Made by a program: the position numbers and the translations under genes
Shown: positions 1 through 10,172 of the stretch, in pieces
Layout of the letters: each line of letters starts with the position of its first letter
How positions within the stretch are numbered: the stretch's first letter is position 1
The notes under the pieces: model-generated
Told to the model about the DNA's origin: nothing
Seen by the model: only the letters and a program-made list of their open reading frames with translations
The model's database searches: none
From: Methylophilaceae bacterium
Lineage (GTDB): Bacteria; Pseudomonadota; Gammaproteobacteria; Burkholderiales; Methylophilaceae
Direction of reading: 5' to 3'
Length of the DNA stretch: 64,000 bases
NCBI GenBank assembly: GCA_034111445.1
Contig: JAWUXH010000028.1
Location: forward strand, 85,950-149,949

Positions 1-1748
1 GCGTCTTTCGGGTTCATTAAACCAGTGGTACGCTTTTTAATTAAGTCGTCTAAGTTAATGCCATCAATCAAATCAATCGGGTCTAATACATTCCCTTTTG
101 ATTTAGACATTTTTTGACCTTCGCCATCGCGAATTAAGCCATGTACGTATACATGCTTAAATGGGATTTGGCCGGTGATGTGTTTCGTCATCATCACCAT
201 ACGCGCGACCCAGAAGAAGATAATATCGAAACCAGTCACTAACACGCTAGAAGGCAAGAACTGTTGTAGCGCTTGGTTTTGCGCATCAACCGCTTCATCC
301 CCTGTCCAGTCTAAGGTTGAGAATGGCCATAGCGCAGATGAGTACCAAGTATCTAATACGTCATCATCACGTTTAAGTGCGCCTGTGTAACCCGCTTTAG
401 CCGCTTCCGCTTTGGCTTCCGCTTCATCATGCGCCACGAATATTTCACCGTTATCACCATACCAAGCTGGGATTTGATGGCCCCACCACAGTTGGCGGGA
501 AATACACCAGTCTTGAATATTGTTTAACCATTGGTTGTAAGTGTTCACCCAGTTTTCAGGGTAGAACTTAATTTGGCCTTCTTCAACCACATCTAATGCT
601 TTTTGCGTAATGCTTTTACCATCCGCAGATGGTTTACTCATCGCCACAAACCATTGGTCTGTTAGCATTGGCTCAATGACAACATTAGTACGGTCGCCAC
701 GCGGCACTTTCAGTTTATGTTTTTCAACTTCAACTAAAAAGCCCTTTTCGTCTAAATCAGCCACCACTTGTTTACGTGCAGCAAAGCGTTCAAGGCCTTG
801 GTATTGTGCTGGTGCTTCTTCATTCACAAAGCCTTTAAGGTCTAAAATACCAATCGTTGGTAAGTTATGACGTTGGCCAACCGCGTAATCGTTAAAATCA
901 TGCGCTGGTGTCACTTTTACACAACCAGTGCCAAATTCTTGGTCAACATAGTCATCTGCAATAATTGGAATTTCACGGTCACACAATGGTAGGCTGACCA
1001 TTTTTCCGATTAAATGTTTGTAACGTTCATCATCAGGGTGCACCATCACAGCCACGTCACCGAGTAATGTTTCTGGTCGTGTCGTTGCAATGGTTAATTT
1101 GCCAGAGCCATCAGCAAGTGGATAGTCAATGTGCCACATTGAGCCGTTTTCTTCTTCTTGGACGACTTCAAGGTCTGAAACGGCAGTGCCTAATTTCACA
1201 TCCCAGTTAACTAAGCGTTTACCACGGTAAATCAAGCCTTCGTTATATAAACGCACAAATGATTCAGTCACGGTTTTATTGAGCTTAGGGTCCATCGTGA
1301 AGCGTTCACGTTCCCAATCTGGCGAAGTGCCTAAACGGCGCATTTGTTTGGTAATGCTGCCGCCTGAAAATTCTTTCCATTCCCATACTTTTTCTAGGAA
1401 TTTCTCACGGCCTAAATCATGGCGGCTCACCCCTTGTGCATCAAGCTGGCGTTCCACCACAATTTGTGTGGCAATCCCTGCATGGTCAGTACCTGGTTGC
1501 CATAGCGTATTGTCACCACGCATACGGTGATAACGGGTGAGAGAGTCCATAATGGTTTGATTAAAACCATGGCCCATGTGCAAGGTACCAGTTACGTTTG
1601 GTGGCGGTAGCAAAATACAGAAGTTTTCTTCTGCTTCTTTATTCATACCCGCTGCGTAATAGCCTTTGCCCTCCCAAAATTCATACCACTTGCTTTCAAG
1701 GGCGGTTGGGTCAAAAGATTTGGCTAATTCATTTTCTGTTGGATTCAT
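1..1748 (-). CDS. valS: valine--tRNA ligase (runs off the left end of the window)
   Basis: Manual translation from ATG at 1748: [14 protein letters not shown]...[13 protein letters not shown] (HIGH motif), [10 protein letters not shown], and KMSKS near position 100. Confidence 0.97.
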   Translation of the reverse strand, partial: MNPTENELAKSFDPTALESKWYEFWEGKGYYAAGMNKEAEENFCILLPPPNVTGTLHMGHGFNQTIMDSLTRYHRMRGDNTLWQPGTDHAGIATQIVVERQLDAQGVSRHDLGREKFLEKVWEWKEFSGGSITKQMRRLGTSPDWERERFTMDPKLNKTVTESFVRLYNEGLIYRGKRLVNWDVKLGTAVSDLEVVQEEENGSMWHIDYPLADGSGKLTIATTRPETLLGDVAVMVHPDDERYKHLIGKMVSLPLCDREIPIIADDYVDQEFGTGCVKVTPAHDFNDYAVGQRHNLPTIGILDLKGFVNEEAPAQYQGLERFAARKQVVADLDEKGFLVEVEKHKLKVPRGDRTNVVIEPMLTDQWFVAMSKPSADGKSITQKALDVVEEGQIKFYPENWVNTYNQWLNNIQDWCISRQLWWGHQIPAWYGDNGEIFVAHDEAEAKAEAAKAGYTGALKRDDDVLDTWYSSALWPFSTLDWTGDEAVDAQNQALQQFLPSSVLVTGFDIIFFWVARMVMMTKHITGQIPFKHVYVHGLIRDGEGQKMSKSKGNVLDPIDLIDGINLDDLIKKRTTGLMNPKD

Positions 1749-1870
1749 TTTATTTCAGGCTTAAAAAACGTAATAATTAGGTCGAATTTTACCACAGGTC
1801 GGGCTTGTAGACTTTAGATACAGAACAGGTAAACTAGAGTTGTTTTTTTATATCAACAAGAAGGAATAGC

Positions 1871-2314
1871 ATGAGTGTGATGTGGATGTGGGGGATTTTA
1901 GGTCTAGTTTTACTCGGTATAGAAATGATGACGGGCACTTTGTTTATTCTTTGGTTTGGTATCTCGGCCTTAATACTCTCAGCATTAGTATGGTTAATGC
2001 CTGATATTGGCGTCTCTATGCAACTTTTCTTGTATGCAATATTATCGCTAGGTTCGTTGTTTGTTTGGCGTCATTTTTATGCGCAAACTGATGACGATTC
2101 TCGGGTGGGTCAATCTCAAGGACAAGAAATTGGCGTGGTTGGTACGATTATTAACGTGGTAAGTCCACAGAAAAATGGCAAAATTGAATTCTCTCAAGGG
2201 GTCATGGGCAGCCGTAAGTGGGTCGCTACTTCTGATGAAGCGCTTGCGGTTGGACAGCAAGCAGAAATTATTGCGATTGAAGGCAACACATTAAGAGTAA
2301 AACTTAAAGTTTAA
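1871..2314 (+). CDS. NfeD-family membrane protein
   Basis: Hydrophobic N-terminus (W.ILGL.LL.IE) plus OB-fold-like C-terminus; directly upstream of an SPFH gene. Confidence 0.85.
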   Translation: MSVMWMWGILGLVLLGIEMMTGTLFILWFGISALILSALVWLMPDIGVSMQLFLYAILSLGSLFVWRHFYAQTDDDSRVGQSQGQEIGVVGTIINVVSPQKNGKIEFSQGVMGSRKWVATSDEALAVGQQAEIIAIEGNTLRVKLKV

Positions 2315-2339
2315 TTTTTTATCAAAATAAGGAAATACC

Positions 2340-3182
2340 ATGTTCGAATTTACGATATTTTTAGTCTTTGTGGCTGTCATCCTCGCGATGAAGATGATCC
2401 GCATTGTGCCGCAAGGTGAAGAGTGGGTGATTGAGCGTTTAGGTAAGTTTGCAGGTGTACTAAAACCAGGTTTACGTATTATTAACCCAGTGATTACTAA
2501 GGTTGCTTATAAAGTGACCACTAAAGATATTATTTTAGAGATTCCGCAGCAAGAGGTGATTACTAAAGATAACGCAGTCATCTTAGCGAATGCAGTGGCT
2601 TTTATGAAGGTCAGTAATATCGAACGTGCCGTGTATGGCATTGAAAACTTTAGCGAAGCGATGCGTAATATGGTGCAAACCAACTTGCGTTCTGTGATTG
2701 GTAATATGGAATTAAACGATGCGTTAAGTTCACGCGACCGTATTAAAGCTGAGTTAAAAGTTGCGATTGCAGATGAAGCATTAGATTGGGGTTTAACGGT
2801 TAAGTCAGTTGAGATTCAAGACATTAAGCCATCAGACAACATGCAAGAAGCGATGGAAAAACAAGCGGCAGCTGAGCGCCAACGCGTCGCGGTGGTGACG
2901 GAAGCAGAAGGTGCAAAACAATCATTAATCCTCAATGCTGAAGCACGTTTAGAGGCGGCACGTAAAGACGCTGAAGCACAAATGGTGGCGGCACAGGCAT
3001 CAGCTGAATCAATTAAGTTTATTACTGATGCAGCAAAAGGGAATGAAGATTCAGCGATGTTTTTACTAGGTGACCGTTACATTACTTCACTACAAAAAAT
3101 GTCTAATTCAAACAACAGTAAAATTGTTGTCATGCCGGGTGACTTGGTTGGCGCAGTGAAGTCAATTGTCGGCCAAAAGTAG
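2340..3182 (+). CDS. SPFH/stomatin-like (band 7) protein, QmcA-like
   Basis: IVPQGEEWVIERLGKF, QEVITKDNA, LRSVIG, alanine-rich coiled coil. Confidence 0.92.
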   Translation: MFEFTIFLVFVAVILAMKMIRIVPQGEEWVIERLGKFAGVLKPGLRIINPVITKVAYKVTTKDIILEIPQQEVITKDNAVILANAVAFMKVSNIERAVYGIENFSEAMRNMVQTNLRSVIGNMELNDALSSRDRIKAELKVAIADEALDWGLTVKSVEIQDIKPSDNMQEAMEKQAAAERQRVAVVTEAEGAKQSLILNAEARLEAARKDAEAQMVAAQASAESIKFITDAAKGNEDSAMFLLGDRYITSLQKMSNSNNSKIVVMPGDLVGAVKSIVGQK

Positions 3183-3209
3183 TGCCAATGTAGGGGCGTG
3201 TTTGACGCG

Positions 3210-3971
3210 TTAAGTGTGGTTGCACACGGTGCAAGCTTTATCTTTATTCAGCTTAATCGTGTGCCATTCCATACTGAGCGCATCTAACATCAGCAGCCTA
3301 CCTTGTAGGCTTGTTCCAATGCCCATCAGTAGTTTCAAAGCCTCCGCCGCTTGCGTTGTACCAATCATGCCCACCAATGGTGAAAATACACCATGCTCAG
3401 CACAGCGCATTTCATTATTGGCTTTAGCCTCTTCACCATCATCAGGAAATAAACAGTGGTAACAAGGGCTGTTGTCATCACGCATGTCATACACCGTAAT
3501 TTGCCCTTCAAAGCCAATGGCTGCACCAGAAACCAGCGGCTTTTTAAGTTGCACGCATAGCTTGTTTAATAAGTAGCGGGTGGCGAAGTTGTCAGAGCAA
3601 TCAATCACCACATCCGCTTTTGCAATTAAATCAGTAAATTCAGCTTGAGTGGATTTTTGTTGTACGGTTTCTACGTTTACTTCAGGGTTAATTGCGAGCA
3701 GTGCAGCTTTAGCAGAAGCGGCCTTATTTACCCCAACAGATTGTGTGGTATGAATCACTTGCCGTTGCAAATTGGTTAAGTCCACTTCGTCAAAATCACA
3801 TATCGTTAGCGTACCAATACCAGAGGCAGCTAAGTACAATGCAACTGGCGCACCAAGCCCACCAGCACCCACCACAAGTGCATGGCTTTGCGTGAGCTTC
3901 TCTTGGCCTTCATAAGCAATTTGAGGGAGTAATATGTGGCGACTATAGCGTAGGAGTTGATTATCGTTCAT
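3210..3971 (-). CDS. moeB: MoeB/ThiF family adenylyltransferase
   Basis: RYSRHILL, GAGGLG, NLQRQ, DCSDNF, CYHC and C-terminal CxxC. Confidence 0.88.
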   Translation of the reverse strand: MNDNQLLRYSRHILLPQIAYEGQEKLTQSHALVVGAGGLGAPVALYLAASGIGTLTICDFDEVDLTNLQRQVIHTTQSVGVNKAASAKAALLAINPEVNVETVQQKSTQAEFTDLIAKADVVIDCSDNFATRYLLNKLCVQLKKPLVSGAAIGFEGQITVYDMRDDNSPCYHCLFPDDGEEAKANNEMRCAEHGVFSPLVGMIGTTQAAEALKLLMGIGTSLQGRLLMLDALSMEWHTIKLNKDKACTVCNHT

Positions 3972-3979
3972 TGCGTTTC

Positions 3980-4720
3980 TTAAGGTAGGCGTTCAGCCAT
4001 AATCATACGGTTAATTAATACTTTTGGTGAAATCCAAATAAGCATGTCATCGAATTCACCGTTTGACGAACCCGGCGCTGCTGGCGGGTGGCTAACAAAG
4101 GTAACATCGTTATCTGCATTTTCAAGCTCATCGGTACTAGTTGGGTTAGGCTCATGATTAAGTGAAGAGTCTTGAATAATATTGAGGGCACCAAAGCCGT
4201 TAGAGCCATGCGATAAAATCAGCGCTGCAGGCCTACTATTTGTACTGACTAATGCGGCACCTTTTTCATCATTTACATTAATACCAGACTCACCTTCTGC
4301 ATCGTTAATGGTAAAGCGATTAACATTATCTGAAAATGTAGCATCAACACGGTAAGTGAAAAGATTACCCCAAGCATCAGTACCGTCAATGCCTAATGTT
4401 TTCCATGGCAGAATACCTGACTTATCTGAGTCACATTCATTCACAACTGAAGAGTCTCGATTCTCTAAACCATCTGGTATAGCATCTGTATCAGTGCAAG
4501 GTAAATGGCTGTTAACAATCGCATAGCCAATTAATGCCGCTTTGATTTCGTTAAGCTTTAATTGTGTTTTAGCTCTATTTTGCAAGTCTCGTTGTGCGGA
4601 GAGTGGTGATAGAAACATCGCAAGCATTAAACCGAAAATAATCAATACAATGGCCATCTCGACTAAGGTGAAGCCCTTAGAGGTTAAATGATCGTTGGAG
4701 AATGGTTTATTCAGTTTCAT
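3980..4720 (-). CDS. prepilin-type N-terminal cleavage/methylation protein (minor pilin/pseudopilin)
   Basis: Class III signal KG|FTLVEMAIVLII. Confidence 0.88.
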   Translation of the reverse strand: MKLNKPFSNDHLTSKGFTLVEMAIVLIIFGLMLAMFLSPLSAQRDLQNRAKTQLKLNEIKAALIGYAIVNSHLPCTDTDAIPDGLENRDSSVVNECDSDKSGILPWKTLGIDGTDAWGNLFTYRVDATFSDNVNRFTINDAEGESGINVNDEKGAALVSTNSRPAALILSHGSNGFGALNIIQDSSLNHEPNPTSTDELENADNDVTFVSHPPAAPGSSNGEFDDMLIWISPKVLINRMIMAERLP

Positions 4721-6144
4721 GGAATACTCATCACTTTATCATTTTTGCTATTATTTTTAGTTAATCTTGAAAAAGTATTCACTGGTAATGATAAGTTTTC
4801 ATCTTCTAAATAATTTGATAATGTGGACTGACTAGTTAGATCACCTCTAGACTGTGATGCAATCATAGCGCCTGACGAGATTAAGATCACTAGTTTTCCG
4901 CCATTTTCAGGTGCGGCTTCAGGGGTAAGGGCATGTTTTAACGTTAAAGCGCTGGCCGCAGTTGCGCGAGCATAAAAAATAAGCTCACGCCAACCATTTT
5001 GTTGAAACCAATTATGTTGACTACTACCCTGTAGGATTGAATTAACATTAGTCGCCTCCCAAATAGGGTTGTAGGTTGATGGTGTTATTGTTTCATCAAC
5101 TTCAGATGCAGGGATTCGACCAAGGGTCAGTGATTCATCAGCACGGCAATTGCTTGTGATGTCAGTAGTTGGTAAACAACTAGTGTCTGCAATAGAGGCT
5201 GGCGCAGGAAAGTAAGCATCGCTTGGTATGTTGGTACATGACCTATTGTGAACGTCGATTGCATTAGGGCAATATTGATACAGTACTGCTTGTATGACTT
5301 CCGCAAGCACACGTGGTTCAATGGCTGCATTCATTTGTTCACGCGTGATGGGTAAAATGACATCGTTAACCACGACAGTTTCATTTTGTTTGATTACACC
5401 AGAGATAAAACCATTAAGATCGTTTTCGGTGAAATTTGCATTGTCTTCACCAAAGGCATTATCTAAGTAATGTTGTGGGTTATTGTGATTGTTAGATAAT
5501 CTATTTTGTTGCAGTTTATCGGCTCTAAGCAGCGGGTCGTTTGGCGCAATTAAAAGGGCTACTAAACCAGTAGCATTGGTTGCATCATGAATTAAATGGC
5601 CACCAGTATTTTTTAGTGTAATCGTACCTAACGTTTGGCTGTTAAGTGTGCCTGTGCGAGGGCTATTTTTATAGTTGGTTGAAACTGCATACCAGAGCGA
5701 CTCACCAGAGCCATCACGCAAATCGTTTAGCCCAAGCGTCTTCCAAGGAAAGCGTCCTAGTTGTCTGGTTTCATTATTGCAAGAAAGCTCAGCTTCGCCA
5801 TCATTGTTAAGATCGGGACATGGTAAGTCACCAGGCCTTGGACAGTTTGTACCGCAATTACAATAAGGCAAGTCACTTTTGCTGATAGTGCCATTCTTAT
5901 TATATTTGATACACCTATTTTCAATACTATCCCGAGCAGCGAGTGTTACCGTTTCAGATGAGTAACTCAGTAAGGCTTGTTTTGCTTCAGCAAGCACCTG
6001 CTGTGTTTTACGGTCTTTTAATGACTTTAAGTTTGATTTGTTGAGGTGGTTAAGTGATAGCCCTGCGACAATAAACGCAAGTATCGTCACCATGCCTAAG
6101 AGCATAATGCCTTGTTGTTTATGTTTTAACGGATACGGACTCAT
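4717..6144 (-). CDS. large PilX/GspK-like pseudopilin
   Basis: QQG|IMLL class III-like signal lacking Glu5; shares the LPC.D...PWKTLG motif with the neighbouring pilin. Confidence 0.6.
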   Translation of the reverse strand: MSPYPLKHKQQGIMLLGMVTILAFIVAGLSLNHLNKSNLKSLKDRKTQQVLAEAKQALLSYSSETVTLAARDSIENRCIKYNKNGTISKSDLPYCNCGTNCPRPGDLPCPDLNNDGEAELSCNNETRQLGRFPWKTLGLNDLRDGSGESLWYAVSTNYKNSPRTGTLNSQTLGTITLKNTGGHLIHDATNATGLVALLIAPNDPLLRADKLQQNRLSNNHNNPQHYLDNAFGEDNANFTENDLNGFISGVIKQNETVVVNDVILPITREQMNAAIEPRVLAEVIQAVLYQYCPNAIDVHNRSCTNIPSDAYFPAPASIADTSCLPTTDITSNCRADESLTLGRIPASEVDETITPSTYNPIWEATNVNSILQGSSQHNWFQQNGWRELIFYARATAASALTLKHALTPEAAPENGGKLVILISSGAMIASQSRGDLTSQSTLSNYLEDENLSLPVNTFSRLTKNNSKNDKVMSIP

Positions 6145-6168
6145 TTCGATTAGTGCGTACTTATTTGG

Positions 6169-6750
6169 TTAATAATCAGTAGTTGATGGATCAGATTTTA
6201 TTAGTTCAACTTGGTGCTCTTGCGCAAGCGTCGTCACTTCTTTAACTTCATTCTGTTCAGCGTTATATGCTTGGCCTGCTTTCAGTTTTATATACTTTCC
6301 ATTGGCTGGAATGTTAATGACCAATTGGTCGACGCTATCCATTTTTGCATCGCTGTTAACTAACTTACTTTTAGACGAATATTTTTTGGTTAAACGACCA
6401 ATTTTCACATCATTAACCATTGTGTTTTCTTGCACTGGTTTGTGGTTAATCCAAATGGTACTGACGCCATTGCTTCGTTTTACATAACCTTGCATGGTGA
6501 TTGGGTCTGGCAGAGGTAACGTTGGTTGTGCTGTGACGACTTGTTTTTTTATATGTTTGATTGGCTTTATTTTTTTGACTAATGTTGGATTTTTTCGGTT
6601 TAAATCCAACTGTGCGCGTGTTGCTGGTTGGGTGAACAGGCGACCAAGTTCAGGTGCTGGACGTTTATCAGCCACAGCAATGTTTTGCGCCATTAATAGC
6701 ACAATACTTACTATCAATCTCAGTGCATTGTTTTGATTCATCACGGTCAT
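6169..6750 (-). CDS. exported hypothetical protein of the filament cluster (PilP/GspC-like position)
   Basis: Signal peptide, LGRLFT..R..LD motif, operon context. Confidence 0.55.
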   Translation of the reverse strand: MTVMNQNNALRLIVSIVLLMAQNIAVADKRPAPELGRLFTQPATRAQLDLNRKNPTLVKKIKPIKHIKKQVVTAQPTLPLPDPITMQGYVKRSNGVSTIWINHKPVQENTMVNDVKIGRLTKKYSSKSKLVNSDAKMDSVDQLVINIPANGKYIKLKAGQAYNAEQNEVKEVTTLAQEHQVELIKSDPSTTDY

Positions 6751-7361
6751 TATTGGGTTGTCCGCCTATCGGATGGTTCTGTTAGTGTAAACCAATCAAC
6801 CGTACAGTTCGCGGTTAAATTGGCACCATTTTCTTGGGGTTGTAACATCCTATTTAAATCACATTCTCGTAATAGCCAGTTCGCGTATTGCTGGCTAGCC
6901 AATGCTTCGGTTAGTTTTAAAATATCACCTTCATGCAATAGATCAAAGTTGAGCTTCATGCTTGATTTATTCAGAGTAAAGTTACCTAGACTTGGAAAAA
7001 AGGCTAGGCTTGTTTGCTCAAGTGGATTCAGCTGATATTTAATTGGGAATAAGGTAAATTGCTGTTGAATGTGATGGAGTGACTGAATCCATACTTGACG
7101 ACGCTCTTCGCCAATAAACCCTTTTGCTATGAGCGCTTTATATTGGGGTAAAAAAGTAATGATGTCTTGTTTTTCTGAGCCAGAAGAGCGGTACTTTTGT
7201 TGTGTAATGCTAAGTTGCTTATTTTGAGCATTTAATAGCGATTGTTGTGTTTCCTCAAAGTGCATGGCTCGATTAATTAATACGCTTGCTACACACAGCA
7301 TCAGTACCAATAGCATGATGGGCGTTTGAAGTTTTTTCCAATCATTAGAATTAAGCGTCAT
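6750..7361 (-). CDS. bitopic inner-membrane assembly protein (PilO/GspM-like)
   Basis: Single N-terminal TM plus coiled coil; operon position. Confidence 0.55.
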   Translation of the reverse strand: MTLNSNDWKKLQTPIMLLVLMLCVASVLINRAMHFEETQQSLLNAQNKQLSITQQKYRSSGSEKQDIITFLPQYKALIAKGFIGEERRQVWIQSLHHIQQQFTLFPIKYQLNPLEQTSLAFFPSLGNFTLNKSSMKLNFDLLHEGDILKLTEALASQQYANWLLRECDLNRMLQPQENGANLTANCTVDWFTLTEPSDRRTTQ

Positions 7362-8959
7362 GGCGTTTTACTCACTTTGTCAATCGGCTTTAAAATAACC
7401 TTAAGTCTAAAGGTCGCGGCTTGGTTAATATTGAGTTGCTGTGTATCGGTCGTATTACCACTTAAATCCGTATACGAGTTTAAGTTCACAGGGGTTGCGA
7501 GTAAGTCCACATAAGCGACCATTGGGTCTTGCTTTAATGTTTCTACAAAACGATTAACCAAGAACATGGCATTGCGGTAGTTGCCATCAAAGTTAGCCAC
7601 TTCAGCGGTCATAAAGCCTATTTCAGATAACTGTGACTGGTCCGCGTTACGTGGTTCAATCTTACGAGTCACTTTGCTGGCATCACCGTTAGTATCTTGG
7701 ATATCTAAATCATTTGTCTGTTGCCAGTTAAGCGCGTTTAAAGTGATTGAAGACGAGGCCTCTAAGGCATGACTAATGGTGACCATCATGCGCCGTGGTG
7801 ATTTTGGAAAGCCTGATAACGTATTGTCGAGGGTAACGGCTGTTTTTAAATCTTGTGCACTAATGCCTGTTTGAGGAAAGCTTTTGGCCACTTCGTTATA
7901 TTTTAGTTGCGCTAGCCTTGTCGCTTGCTTGGCTTCTTGAAAGTTATTTTGATGCAGAAACCCTAATACAAAATACCAAGCACTGATGAGCATACCAAGG
8001 CTAGCCGTCACAATTGCAATGGCTTTAATGACGCGACGGAGCTTACTGAGTTTAAATTGCTTTGTCAGCGCATCTGGCGCCAAGTTATCAACAAGATGGC
8101 CACTGGCTAGTAATTGCATATGTAATAGCTCAGGCATGATGCTAAGAGATTCTTTAGTTAAGTTTAGTGAATGCGCATATTGCATGAGCGGGACAATACT
8201 GCAGTCAATACCGGGTTCATGCGCAAAACTTTGTTTGATGTGTTCGCTACTATTATCAAGGCTAACTAATTGTAGGTTGAGCGTAATATCACGTGAAATT
8301 AAACGCTTACTCATTAAGTAAAGCCGTGTTTTTTGTGTTTCAACCATATAGAAGTAGTTGAGTTGCTTTTCATCTGCTGGCACATTAGGGATTAAACGAC
8401 TCATGCGTAATCGACCATTATGGAAGTAAGTCTGCCTTAATCCAGAGGAGAGCATTTCACATAATAAAATATGTGGTGCACCTAGTTTGAACTGCTGAAT
8501 CAGCAAGCGACTCAACATGGGAAGTAAGTACACACCAACTAGTTGCGCTTCATTATTTTGAATAACCTCCATCCAGCCTTGTAGAAACTCATCATTATTA
8601 AGCGCGATGAATAAGAACTTATCATCTTTACGCTTATCTTTTGCACGCATGATGAAGTGTGCGGTTCGATAGTTTAAATCCCGATAAAACTGATTCAGTT
8701 TGCGGTTGATCAGTTCTTTTTTTGATCTACCAGCGCTATGTGGCAAGCTTTCTAAGCGGTAGTCTTCCTCAACGGAGTTGGCTAATAAATAGACATGTGT
8801 CGATGGGTATTCACTTAAAAAAGCTGCAAAGGCGGTATGGCCTTCTTCACTGTTGGCAAACACTTCACTGCGTTGTAACTTGTCGGCATGCCACAACCCT
8901 GCGACAAGCTGGGTAGCAGTCGCACATAAGACAATCTTATTAAGGCTAGTCGTTAACAT
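7358..8959 (-). CDS. PilM/PilN(GspL)-like fused assembly protein
   Basis: Cytoplasmic N-domain, central TM, periplasmic coiled coil; start moved to ATG 8959 to avoid overlap with the upstream gene. Confidence 0.6.
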   Translation of the reverse strand: MLTTSLNKIVLCATATQLVAGLWHADKLQRSEVFANSEEGHTAFAAFLSEYPSTHVYLLANSVEEDYRLESLPHSAGRSKKELINRKLNQFYRDLNYRTAHFIMRAKDKRKDDKFLFIALNNDEFLQGWMEVIQNNEAQLVGVYLLPMLSRLLIQQFKLGAPHILLCEMLSSGLRQTYFHNGRLRMSRLIPNVPADEKQLNYFYMVETQKTRLYLMSKRLISRDITLNLQLVSLDNSSEHIKQSFAHEPGIDCSIVPLMQYAHSLNLTKESLSIMPELLHMQLLASGHLVDNLAPDALTKQFKLSKLRRVIKAIAIVTASLGMLISAWYFVLGFLHQNNFQEAKQATRLAQLKYNEVAKSFPQTGISAQDLKTAVTLDNTLSGFPKSPRRMMVTISHALEASSSITLNALNWQQTNDLDIQDTNGDASKVTRKIEPRNADQSQLSEIGFMTAEVANFDGNYRNAMFLVNRFVETLKQDPMVAYVDLLATPVNLNSYTDLSGNTTDTQQLNINQAATFRLKVILKPIDKVSKTP

Positions 8960-8960
8960 G

Positions 8961-10166
8961 TTATATATTAAGTTTGCTAAAGGAGTCGTAAACAGGGCCA
9001 AGCACAGAAAACATGATGAAAGCCAAGATAGAGCCGAGGATGACGGTTAAGGCAGGCTCTATCATTTTAAGCATTTTTTGCATTGAATCGTTCACATCTC
9101 GATCATAAAAATAACTAATATTGAGTAAGGCCTTGTCTAATCCACCCGTGTTTTCACCCACTCGAATCATTCGCACTACCAACGGTGTAAATAACCCCGC
9201 ATTTTGAAAGCTTTCACTCATGGAGTCCCCTGCATTAATTTGCGCATGGGCACGGCGTAGCGCATCGGCAACTACACGGTTGCCAACAATATTTTCACAA
9301 ATGTTAATCGCATCTAAAATAGGGATGCCTGTTTGGTACATCAATGCAAAATAACGTGCAAAGCGTGCCATGATAATTTTATGCAGTATTGTGCCTGTAA
9401 ATGGGAAATTTAATTTCATCATATCAAATTGGTAACGCGCAGCCACATTGCTTTTAACAAGTGCAGCTGCTACAAAAAACAAAAGAATCGGTAGGCTAAT
9501 CATCAGCCACCAATAGTCTTGAAAAGCATTTGAAATAGCAATTAATATTTTAGTATTGAGTGGTAGTGCTTGCCCCATATTTTTTAAAAAGCCAACCATC
9601 TCTGGCACAAGGTAAACCATTAAGAAAACCACCGCGGCTAGTACAACCACGGCCACAAAAATGGGATAAGCGATGAGCTTCTTCGTTTGTGTCATTAACT
9701 CGTCTTGCCAGCGAATACTTTCAAATAGGTTGTTAAATACAACCGGCAACTGACCTGTTTTTTCACCAGCATCAACGAGACTGACAAACACTTCATCAAA
9801 CACATTAGGGTGTTCTGCCATCGCTTGCGATAGCATTTTCCCGCCCTCAACTTCAGCACTCAATGCGCCTATTATTTTTTGAAAATAAACGTTTTCGTTA
9901 CTCTCACGCAAATCATTGAGTGACTCTAAAATAGGTACGCCAGCACTGGTGAGTTGCTCTAATTGAAAACAAAACATCACGAGGTCTTGCTTGGTCACTT
10001 TATTTTGATTAAAAAGTGACGTTGTTTTATTCGCAGTGCGAAAGGTAATTAAGTCCAGGCCCATACGACCCAAGCGAACCTCTAAATCAGCATCATTTTG
10101 CGCGTCAATTTGACCCATGGCTGGGCGCCCTAATTGATCGACGGCTTTATAGTTAAATGCTGGCAT
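8961..10166 (-). CDS. type II secretion/type IV pilus platform protein (GspF/PilC/MshG family)
   Basis: F.YKAVD..G, AGVPIL.SL, AGE.TG.L, GENTGGLD, IEP motifs. Confidence 0.95.
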   Translation of the reverse strand: MPAFNYKAVDQLGRPAMGQIDAQNDADLEVRLGRMGLDLITFRTANKTTSLFNQNKVTKQDLVMFCFQLEQLTSAGVPILESLNDLRESNENVYFQKIIGALSAEVEGGKMLSQAMAEHPNVFDEVFVSLVDAGEKTGQLPVVFNNLFESIRWQDELMTQTKKLIAYPIFVAVVVLAAVVFLMVYLVPEMVGFLKNMGQALPLNTKILIAISNAFQDYWWLMISLPILLFFVAAALVKSNVAARYQFDMMKLNFPFTGTILHKIIMARFARYFALMYQTGIPILDAINICENIVGNRVVADALRRAHAQINAGDSMSESFQNAGLFTPLVVRMIRVGENTGGLDKALLNISYFYDRDVNDSMQKMLKMIEPALTVILGSILAFIMFSVLGPVYDSFSKLNI

Positions 10167-10172
10167 AGTCAG

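Noticed and set aside
3210-3971. MoeB as a dedicated pilin-modifying or ubiquitin-like component of the filament cluster
   Set aside because: It looks like an ordinary housekeeping MoeB/ThiF; the 8-bp gap suggests co-transcription only, and no sulfur-carrier gene is adjacent
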